NCBI GenBank assembly: GCA_964613795.1
Contig: CAZTJR010000005.1
Span: 35,656-99,655 of the forward strand
Length of the DNA stretch: 64,000 nucleotides
Direction of reading: 5' to 3'
DNA from: an uncultured Alteromonadaceae bacterium
Lineage (GTDB): Bacteria; Pseudomonadota; Gammaproteobacteria; Pseudomonadales; Halieaceae
Below the pieces are notes generated by a model that searched no databases, was not told the DNA's origin, and saw only the letters and a program-made list of their open reading frames with translations. Positions within the stretch are counted from its first letter, which is position 1, and every line of letters starts with the position of its first letter. The position numbers and the translations under genes were made by a program. Below, one piece after another: positions 55,961-64,000 of this stretch.

Positions 55961-57126
55961 GCGCTGTCTGGACCCTCGCCCGGAAGGAAGTCCGGGACAA
56001 CCTGCGTGATCGGCGCTCGCTGTTCTTTGCGCTTCTTTATGGCCCCTTCCTCCTGCCCCTGATGATGCTGGGGCCGATACTGTATAACATCGATCGACAC
56101 ACGATCGATGTCGAAGCGCCGACACAGATTGCGGTCGAGGGCGGAGAACATGCGCCAAACCTGCTGCAGTTCCTGCATCAGCATAATCTGGACGCCGTCG
56201 AGGCGCCGACAGACTACCGAGAGCAGCTGATGAGGGGCGAACTGCCCGTGGTACTGGTTATCGCCCCGGCGTACGCCGAAAACGTTGCCCGTGGCAAACC
56301 CGCACCGCTGATAATTTATCACGCCAGCAGTGAGGACGAATCTGTCAGTCGGCGCCGCCAGCTGCGCGCGGTGCTCGAGCAGTACGCCAGCCAGATCAGG
56401 GGACTGCGCTTCCGCAGCCGCGGCATCGACAGTCGCGTCTTCGATCCGCTGGCAATCAGTGAGCGCGACCAGTCCGACAAGCCACGCGGCCTGCTGTTCA
56501 TTGCCTACCTGGTGCCCTTTCTGCTGATGTTTTCCATGCTCATGGGAGGCTACTACCTGGCGGTGGACACCACTGCCGGCGAGCGTGAACGCCAATCGCT
56601 GGAACCGCTGCTCAGCCTGCCGCTTCCCCGCTATCAGATTGTGCTTGGCAAGTACTGCGCCATTCTGGGCTTCGTGGGACTGGCGATGCTGCTGCCGCTG
56701 ATTTCCACCTTTGCCCTGTTCAGCCTGCTGCCAGTCGATCTGCTGGATCTCAATCTCAACTTTGGCCTGCCAACCTTTGCCATCGCCATGATCTCCAATA
56801 TCTCCACGGCGATGCTGATCAGTGCTTTCATGATGGCGATCGCCGCGTTTACCCGCAATTCTAAGGAGGCCCAGACCCACCTCAGTTTTGCGATGCTTCT
56901 GCCCGTGGTTCCGTTCTTTGCGCTGCAGTTCCTGTCGGTGCCCGTTGGCAGCTTTAGCATGCTCGTCCCGCTGCTCAGCCAGTTCCAGATCATGGAGACA
57001 GTGGTCTTCGGCAAAGACCTCCCGCCGCACTACCTCGCTGTGTCAGCAGCGGGTTCTATCGCGGCTGCTGCACTCTTCCTCGGCCTTGCGGTTCATCTCT
57101 ATCACCGGGAGCGCATACTGGCTTGA
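55957..57126 (+). CDS. ABC-2 family permease (NatB-like)
   Basis: 389 aa. One N-terminal TM helix, a large extracytoplasmic loop, then five or more TM helices. ATGA overlap with the ATPase gene. Confidence 0.8.
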   Translation: MSAVWTLARKEVRDNLRDRRSLFFALLYGPFLLPLMMLGPILYNIDRHTIDVEAPTQIAVEGGEHAPNLLQFLHQHNLDAVEAPTDYREQLMRGELPVVLVIAPAYAENVARGKPAPLIIYHASSEDESVSRRRQLRAVLEQYASQIRGLRFRSRGIDSRVFDPLAISERDQSDKPRGLLFIAYLVPFLLMFSMLMGGYYLAVDTTAGERERQSLEPLLSLPLPRYQIVLGKYCAILGFVGLAMLLPLISTFALFSLLPVDLLDLNLNFGLPTFAIAMISNISTAMLISAFMMAIAAFTRNSKEAQTHLSFAMLLPVVPFFALQFLSVPVGSFSMLVPLLSQFQIMETVVFGKDLPPHYLAVSAAGSIAAAALFLGLAVHLYHRERILA

Positions 57127-57264
57127 ACGCTGCGCCCTAAGCTGGAGCCGATGGTCATGGACCTCCTGCCCGCCGGCAGACCGACCGCCCTGTCGCGCGC
57201 CCCCTTTGCAGGCGCCGCAAAATCTTCTACCTTATCCCGATAACGCTAACCGGCGGAGACACAC

Positions 57265-57864
57265 ATGAGTTCCGATACCCCAAGACGCGCAACATTTCAC
57301 CACATGAAGGACGGCACCGCCGGGGACTGGTCGATTATCGCCGGTGAATTCGCTCAGTTTGCCAGCACCCTGCCGGACAGAATAATGCAACACCTCCTGC
57401 TGCTGGAGGGTGACTGCGGTGGCTTCCCGGTTGACCGCCTGACACACTGCCTGCAGACCGCCACCCTGGCTCACAAGGATGGGCGCGACGACGAGTACGT
57501 CGTCTGTGCTCTGCTCCACGACATCGGCGATACACTGGGCACCTATAATCACGCGGACGTGGCAGCAGTTCTGCTCGAGCCCTTCGTATCAGAAGAAAAC
57601 CACTGGATGGTGAAGCATCACGCCATCTTTCAGGGCTACTACTTCTTCCACCACCTGGGTATGGACCGCAACATGCACAGCCGGTTCGAGGACCATCCCC
57701 ACTACGCACGCACCCGTGAGTTCATCGAGCGCTACGACGCCCCGGCGTTTGATCCCGACGCAGAGACCTACCCACTTGCCTTTTTTGAACCGGCGCTGAG
57801 GCGGGTGCTCGCACAGCCACGTCAATCGCTGTACCGATCAGTCACCGAAGAGCCGGCGGCCTAG
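57265..57864 (+). CDS. HD-domain metal-dependent protein (PhnZ/MIOX-like arrangement of His/Asp ligands)
   Basis: 199 aa. H...Q..A.LA...G.DDEYVVCALLHDIGD ... HADVAA ... VKHHAIFQGYYF follows the PhnZ-like HD pattern as I remember it. Family-level call only. Confidence 0.65.
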   Translation: MSSDTPRRATFHHMKDGTAGDWSIIAGEFAQFASTLPDRIMQHLLLLEGDCGGFPVDRLTHCLQTATLAHKDGRDDEYVVCALLHDIGDTLGTYNHADVAAVLLEPFVSEENHWMVKHHAIFQGYYFFHHLGMDRNMHSRFEDHPHYARTREFIERYDAPAFDPDAETYPLAFFEPALRRVLAQPRQSLYRSVTEEPAA

Positions 57865-57905
57865 CGCGACCGTAGCGTAGGCCACAGCACCTGTCGGGGC
57901 AGCTG

Positions 57906-59240
57906 ATGCTGCGGGCACACAGAGGGGCTGTGCTGCATTTTCTGCAGGACCCCGATCTGGTACCGGCACGAGATGCCTGGGCCTATTACCCCGATGGCCT
58001 GCTCGTAACAGAGGATGATCGCGTGCACAGCATTGGCTCGGCGGCGACACTACTGGCATCACTACCGGCTGACTGCCCGGTGCAGCGGCATGACAATGCC
58101 CTCCTGCTTCCTGGTTTTATCGACACGCATATTCATCTGCCACAAATGGAAATGATCGGCGCTCACGGCGAGCAACTGCTGGAGTGGCTCGAGAAATACG
58201 TCTTCCCCGCAGAGGCGAAGTTTGCCGATGCCGCCTATGCCAGCGCGGTATCAGAGCGCTTCCTCGACGAATTGCTGCGCAACGGCACCACCACGGCTAT
58301 GGTGTTCGGCAGTGTCCATGCCACCTCTGTAGAGATGTTTTTCCGCGCCTGTGAGCGACGCGGGCTGCGCATGATCGCCGGCAAGGCAATGATGGACCGG
58401 CACTGCCCCGACACTGTGCGCGACAGTGCAGAGAGTGCCTATCGGGACAGCAAACGCCTGATTCATGACTGGCACGGACGTGGCCGTCTGCGCTATGCCG
58501 TCACGCCACGCTTTGCACCCACATCGTCACCCGAGCAGCTGGCCCTGGCCGGCCGCCTGCTGCGCGAACACTCTGGGGTATATCTGCAGACGCACATGTC
58601 CGAGAATCTGGATGAGGTAGCCTGGGTCGGCCGTCTGTTCCCGCAGGCGCCGCATTATCTCGGCGCCTATGACGCGGCGGGCCTGCTCGGGCGCCGCAGC
58701 GTCTTTGCACACTGCATACACATGACGGACGGAGAGTGGACGCGACTCGCGGACAGCGCGAGCAATATTGCGTTCTGCCCGACCTCGAACCTGTTTCTCG
58801 GCAGTGGGCTTTTCTCGCTGCGCTGCGCGCGCGAGCACCGAATCCATGTTGGCCTCGGCACCGATATTGGTGGCGGGACCAGCTTTTCACTGCTGCAAAC
58901 CCTCAACGAGGCCTACAAGGTGCTGCAGCTTCGGGGGGAGCACCTGTCGCCACTCAAAGCGTTCTACCTGGCGACACTCGGCGGCGCCAGAACGCTGGAT
59001 CTCGAGGACAAACTGGGTAACTTCATGCCAGGCAAGGAAGCCGATTTCATTATTGTCGATACCGCCTGCACGCCGCTGCTGGCTTTCCGATTACAGCACT
59101 GTCGCGATCTGGCTGAAACCCTGTTCGTGCTCAGCACGCTCGGCGATGACCGGGCAATCCGCGAGACCTGGTCGGGTGGGCGCTGCGTGCATCAGCGGGA
59201 CGCGCCCGCCACACAGTCCGAAGCCGTGGAGCGCGCATAA
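57906..59240 (+). CDS. guaD: guanine deaminase
   Basis: 444 aa amidohydrolase. PGFIDTHIHLPQ, YLQTHMSEN and HCIHM...GTDIGGG blocks are typical of GuaD. Confidence 0.85.
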   Translation: MLRAHRGAVLHFLQDPDLVPARDAWAYYPDGLLVTEDDRVHSIGSAATLLASLPADCPVQRHDNALLLPGFIDTHIHLPQMEMIGAHGEQLLEWLEKYVFPAEAKFADAAYASAVSERFLDELLRNGTTTAMVFGSVHATSVEMFFRACERRGLRMIAGKAMMDRHCPDTVRDSAESAYRDSKRLIHDWHGRGRLRYAVTPRFAPTSSPEQLALAGRLLREHSGVYLQTHMSENLDEVAWVGRLFPQAPHYLGAYDAAGLLGRRSVFAHCIHMTDGEWTRLADSASNIAFCPTSNLFLGSGLFSLRCAREHRIHVGLGTDIGGGTSFSLLQTLNEAYKVLQLRGEHLSPLKAFYLATLGGARTLDLEDKLGNFMPGKEADFIIVDTACTPLLAFRLQHCRDLAETLFVLSTLGDDRAIRETWSGGRCVHQRDAPATQSEAVERA

Positions 59241-59359
59241 GGCTTATGGACAGTTTTGCCGAAGCCGTATAAGCGCAACACTGATGGAACCGACGCCGCG
59301 ATTACCGGTCAATGTCTCTCAGATGCAACAGGAAGATTCAGTATAAGGATGTCAGACAC

Positions 59360-60154
59360 ATGCAGGGCTACAGGATCATGCAAGGCCAGATGCGACGAAA
59401 GCGCGCCACGACCGGTGCCGTACTCGCAACGCTTCTTACCCTCACCCTTAACGCGCCGAGGACAGCGCTGGCCGCAGACACCGCTAGCGAGCCGCTGCCG
59501 CCCGCAATATCGGTGGTCGGCGAGGGCAAGGTCACGGCACAGCCTGATCGCGCCGCACTGCAGCTGGGCATGCAGGTGCGTCATGAGGACCTCGTCCAGG
59601 CACGACAGGAGGTGACGCGACGCAGCGAGGCCATTCTGCAGCACCTCATATCCCTGGGCATTGAGAAGCGACAGGTGAGTGCCACCGATATCAACACGCT
59701 GCCTGAGTATCGCTGGGACGAGCAGCGGAAAACCCAGGTACTGACAGGCTACAGCGTACAGCGCAGCATCGAGGTCGCGCTGATGGACCTCTCGCTGTTA
59801 TCGACGGTAATCGAAGGCTCGGCAGATGCAGGCGCAAATCGGATCACCCCGCCACAGCTGTCGCACAGCAGGGAGGCCGAGCTGCGACGCGATGCGCTGC
59901 GGCTGGCGACCGAGGATGCGCGCGCCAACGCCAGCGCCATTGCAGAGGCACTGGGCGGTTCTCTGGGTGCGGTGCGTGACATCGGCACGACCGGCAGTCC
60001 ACGACCCGTTCCGATGGCCAGGGACACGATGATGCGCGCCTCTGCCGAGAGCACCGGTGCCGACGCCACCTATATTGCCGGCGAGCAGACCTTCAAGGCC
60101 CGCGTCAGCGCCACCTTTGACCTCGCAACAACGGGCAGAGAAGACGGTGTTTGA
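59360..60154 (+). CDS. SIMPL/DUF541 domain periplasmic protein
   Basis: Start is uncertain: in-frame ATGs at 59312, 59360, 59378 and 59390. Signal-like RATTGAVLATLLTLTLNAPRTALA. DUF541-type opening ISVVGEGKVTAQPDRAALQLG. Confidence 0.7.
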   Translation: MQGYRIMQGQMRRKRATTGAVLATLLTLTLNAPRTALAADTASEPLPPAISVVGEGKVTAQPDRAALQLGMQVRHEDLVQARQEVTRRSEAILQHLISLGIEKRQVSATDINTLPEYRWDEQRKTQVLTGYSVQRSIEVALMDLSLLSTVIEGSADAGANRITPPQLSHSREAELRRDALRLATEDARANASAIAEALGGSLGAVRDIGTTGSPRPVPMARDTMMRASAESTGADATYIAGEQTFKARVSATFDLATTGREDGV

Positions 60155-60237
60155 CCGCTCTGCACAGGACGCTACACTTCAAGCTAAGCAAACTCCCCTT
60201 CTGGCAACCGGGTACCTGACATTGACAATGCGACGCA

Positions 60238-62345
60238 CGCTTACAGCACTGGCCTTCAACTGCCTCCTCTGGCTCTCCGCAGCGACGGTTCAGGCAGTCA
60301 CACAACTCGAGCCGTCCGAAGCGCAGGCAGATACCGCGCAGGAGTTGGTCGAGCAGCTTGAAAAGCGTCATTACGCCAAGTTGCACTACGATGAAAACCT
60401 TGCGACTGCGCACCTTGTGAACTACATCGACAGCCTCGACGGCGGCAAGATGTTTTTTACCCAGGCAGATGTCGCGAAGTTCAGAGAATATGCCGCCAGT
60501 ACGGAGAATGATTTTGCCAGTGGCCAGCTCGGTGTCGGCTTCATGATCTTCAATCGCTTTGCCGAGCGGCTGGAGACCCGCCTGACCGGCGTCGTAGAAA
60601 GCCTGCCCGAACGCTACGCAGCCATGGATTTTACGGTTGACGAGGATTTTGTCATCGATGGAGAGCAGCGCAGCTGGGCACTGGACAGCGACGAACTCGA
60701 CGAACGCTGGCGCAAGCACCTGAAAAACCAGGCGCTGGGTCTGCGCCTGACGGACAAGGACGAGGACGACATCGCCAGCGTATTGACCAAGCGTTATCAG
60801 CGGCAGCTCAAGCGAGTCGCTCAGTACAATGCCCAGGACGTATTTCAGGTATACGCCAATGCACTGACGGAGCTCTACGATCCTCACACCAACTACCTGT
60901 CCCCGCGACGCTCCGAGAATTTCAATATCAACATGAGCCTGTCCCTTGAAGGGATTGGCGCCGTGCTGTCGACTGATGACGACTACACCAAGGTGGCGCG
61001 CATTGTGGCGGCCGGTCCGGCTGACAAGCAGGGCGATCTGAAGCCGTCGGACCGCATCGTGGCTGTTGGACAGGGAGAAGACGGGCCTATGGAAGACGTC
61101 ATCGGCTGGCGTCTCGATGAGGTGGTCGAGCTGATTCGCGGACCGAAGGACAGCACAGTGCGACTCCGTGTAATGCCAGGTACGCCAGGTGCGGCAGCCG
61201 AGGAGCGCAAAACCATCAAGATTGTCCGCAACACCGTGAAGCTGGAGGAGCAGTCCGCGCAGAAGCGTGTACTGGAACTGCCAGCCGGTGGCGACACCAT
61301 CAAGGTCGGCGTGATCGATATCCCGGCGTTCTACATTGATTTCGAGGCTATGCGTCGCGGCGACGACGATTACAAGAGTACAACGCGCGACGTCGGCAGG
61401 CTGCTTGAGGAGCTTCAGACAGAAGGGGTCGAGGGCGTGATCATCGACCTGCGTAATAACGGTGGTGGCTCTCTGCAGGAAGCTAACGAGCTCACTGGCC
61501 TGTTCATCGAATATGGACCTACAGTACAGATACGACACTCGTCGCGGCGCGTCTGGCGCGATGGCAAGCGACTTCGCAGCGCCTACTATGAAGGTCCCCT
61601 GGTGGTGATGATAAACCGGCTCAGCGCGTCTGCCTCGGAGATTTTCGCCGGTGCGATTCAGGACTACGAGCGCGGCATCATCGTGGGTGACCGATCCTTC
61701 GGCAAGGGCACGGTGCAGACAATGGTGCCTTTGCAGGAGGGGCAGCTCAAGGTTACCGAAAGCAAATTCTATCGCATTTCCGGCGACAGCACCCAGCACC
61801 GCGGCGTTGTACCTGACATCAACTTTCCCTCCATGTTCAATGCTGAGGAAATAGGCGAAAGTTCACTGGACCATGCACTTGCGTGGGATCAGATCAATCC
61901 CGTGAGACATCGCCGCTATGGCGATCTGGATGCGGTTATCCCGGAGCTCGCCGCCCTGTTCGACGAGCGCAAGAAAGACAATACCGAGTTGAATTATCTG
62001 GTAGAACAGGTATCGCTGGCGAATGACAACAGCGATATCGATAGTGTATCCCTGAACGAAACGGTTCGGCGCGCCCGGCGTGAGGAGCGGATGACCGAAG
62101 CTCTGGCTATCGAGAACCGCCGACGCAGCGCACGAGGCGAAGAGCCCCTCGCATCACTCGATGACGACGATGCAGGCGAGGAGGAAGATGACAGCGCTGA
62201 CGGTATCGCAGCGACCGACGCCGAAGCGCAAGACGATGAGGACGAGGTAGACGACGTCCTGCTCACCGAAGCGGGTCAGATTCTTGTCGATACACTGCTG
62301 ATGCGTGAACCGTCTTATGCGGTCAACGCAGAAAAGGAGGACTGA
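60238..62345 (+). CDS. prc: carboxy-terminal processing (tail-specific) protease, S41 family
   Basis: 702 aa from ATG 60238 (signal MRRTLTALAFNCLLWLSAATVQA). PDZ segment (GIGAVLSTDDDYTKVARIVAAGPADKQGDLK). S41 core (DLRNNGGGSL, SASASEIFAGAIQDY, FGKGTVQ). Strongly acidic C-terminal tail. Confidence 0.9.
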
Positions 62346-62348
62346 CGG

Positions 62349-63722
62349 TCAGTCGCACCAGGCAAGGTCTGTGGCAAGCCGCACCACGTCGCCAATAATG
62401 ATGAGCGTCGGTGGCTGCGGCTGTTCACGCTCCACCACGGCATTCATGGTCGACAGGGTCCCCCTTATGACCCGTTGCTCGGCCGTGCTGGCCTTCTCCA
62501 CCAGAGCAACAGGCGTGCCAGGATCGCGCCCATAGGCCTGTAGCTGGTCGCAGATAATGGGCAGTCCGACGAGCCCCATGTAGAACACCAGGGTTTCCTG
62601 GGGCGACTGGAACTCTTCCCAACGATGCGGCAACTTGCCGTCACGGGTATGCCCGGTGAGAAAGCGCACCGATTGTGCGTAATCGCGATGGGTCAGCGGG
62701 ATGCCCGCATAACAGGCGGCGGCGTTGGCAGCGGTGATGCCCGGGACAATCTGGAAGGGGATGCCGTGGCGTGCCAGCAGCGTCATTTCCTCGCCACCGC
62801 GGCCAAATATAAAGGGATCCCCACCTTTCAGACGTACCACGCATTTCCCCTCTAGCGCATAGTCCACCAGGGCCTGGTTGATCGCCTCCTGCGGCAGAGC
62901 ATGCTCGGCACGCCGCTTGCCGACATAGATACGCTGCGCGTCACGGCGACCGAGATCAATAATGGCCTGTGGTACCAGCCGGTCGTGCAGAATGACATCC
63001 CCCCGCTGCAGAAGACGCAGCGCCTTAAAGGTCATCAGGTCGGGATCACCGGGGCCCGCGCCGATAAGAAACACCTCGCCAACAGGGGTCGGGGCTTTCG
63101 CCAGCAATGCATCCACCGCAGCGTCGGCCTGATCGGTGCGCCCGGCCAATACCATCTCTGCCACCGGCCCCTCCACCAGGTCTTCCCAGAAGCGCCGCCT
63201 TGTCGACTCATCCGGGATGGCGGCTTTTACCCGGACACGCAATCTACCGGCAAAACGCGCCACATCACCGATCCGGGCCGGCAGCATTGCCTCGAGCTGC
63301 CGACGCACCGCGCGACCGAGCACGGGACTCGCGCCGTTGGTGCCGATAGCAACCAACAACGGGTTGCGATCGACAATTGAGGGAAAGGTGAACGTGCAAA
63401 GTTCAGGCGTATCCACCACGTTGACCGGGATATTGCGCTCACGCGCCTCTGCGTGCACCCGTCGGTTCACAACGTTGTCCGGCGTTGCCGCAATCACCAG
63501 TATCTGTCTGTCCAGATCGCCCGGCGCATATGCCCGAGGCTCCCAGCGTCCCTCGTGATCATCAAGTAACGCCTGCAGGCCCCTGTCTATCTCAGGTGCA
63601 ATCACCGTAAGATTTGCCCCGGCGCGGCACAGAAACAGGGCTTTGCGCGACGCCACCGTGCCGCCGCCGATCAGGGTAACCGGCTCACCGCGCAGCTTGA
63701 GAAATACCGGCAGAGCCTCCAC
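62349..63722 (-). CDS. cysG: siroheme synthase (uroporphyrinogen-III C-methyltransferase / precorrin-2 dehydrogenase / ferrochelatase)
   Basis: 457 aa. N-terminal NAD fold LIGGGTVASRK. C-terminal SUMT domain VFLIGAGPGDPDLMTFKALRLLQRGDVILHDRLV. Confidence 0.9.
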   Translation of the reverse strand: MEALPVFLKLRGEPVTLIGGGTVASRKALFLCRAGANLTVIAPEIDRGLQALLDDHEGRWEPRAYAPGDLDRQILVIAATPDNVVNRRVHAEARERNIPVNVVDTPELCTFTFPSIVDRNPLLVAIGTNGASPVLGRAVRRQLEAMLPARIGDVARFAGRLRVRVKAAIPDESTRRRFWEDLVEGPVAEMVLAGRTDQADAAVDALLAKAPTPVGEVFLIGAGPGDPDLMTFKALRLLQRGDVILHDRLVPQAIIDLGRRDAQRIYVGKRRAEHALPQEAINQALVDYALEGKCVVRLKGGDPFIFGRGGEEMTLLARHGIPFQIVPGITAANAAACYAGIPLTHRDYAQSVRFLTGHTRDGKLPHRWEEFQSPQETLVFYMGLVGLPIICDQLQAYGRDPGTPVALVEKASTAEQRVIRGTLSTMNAVVEREQPQPPTLIIIGDVVRLATDLAWCD

Positions 63723-63731
63723 GGTGCTGCC

Positions 63732-64000
<269 letters not shown>

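Noticed and set aside
55792-57030. 412-aa minus-strand ORF
   Set aside because: Antisense to the ABC ATPase and permease genes, which carry Walker A/B, the signature motif and a TM pattern. Q/R/H-rich product.
60105-61799. 564-aa minus-strand ORF
   Set aside because: Antisense to prc, whose PDZ and S41 motifs fix the frame. No motifs of its own.

Overview
High-GC chromosomal window (hand-counted 60-nt lines are mostly about 60-67% G+C) with gammaproteobacterial-type gene content and synteny (mltD-gloB-methyltransferase-dnaQ, tamAB, cysG-serS). I can support about 55 protein-coding genes, a cobalamin riboswitch, a perfect sigma54 promoter, a few intrinsic-terminator-type hairpins and a few repeats. 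I saw no rRNA, tRNA, CRISPR array, transposase or integrase. Notable blocks: (i) 4.9-12.3 kb: a nine-gene, translationally coupled Mrp-like cation/proton antiporter operon in non-canonical E-F-G-B-C-D-D-x-D order with three pump-like subunits. (ii) 14.4-20.4 kb: a sulfide-oxidation regulon, with a FisR-like sigma54 activator divergent from persulfide dioxygenase / DUF442-SQR fusion / SulP permease. (iii) 20.4-22.2 kb: a lower-GC islet holding an orphan 0.64-kb spacer bounded by AT-rich inverted repeats, a BacNav-type voltage-gated channel with an acidic TFEDWTD filter, and a small TIGR02647-like gene. (iv) 24.7-28.4 kb: a B12-riboswitch-controlled btuB / DUF6580 / signal-less BtuF-like operon with no btuCD. 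(v) 35.6-39.9 kb: a GAF-PAS-GGDEF-EAL protein near a short BLUF photoreceptor. Most long antisense ORFs in the track are high-GC shadow ORFs, and several track ORFs are over-extended at the 5' end; corrected starts are given where the sequence supports them. Nothing here resembles a known defence island. The best candidates for new biology are the Mrp-like machine, the BtuCD-less B12 operon and the channel islet.
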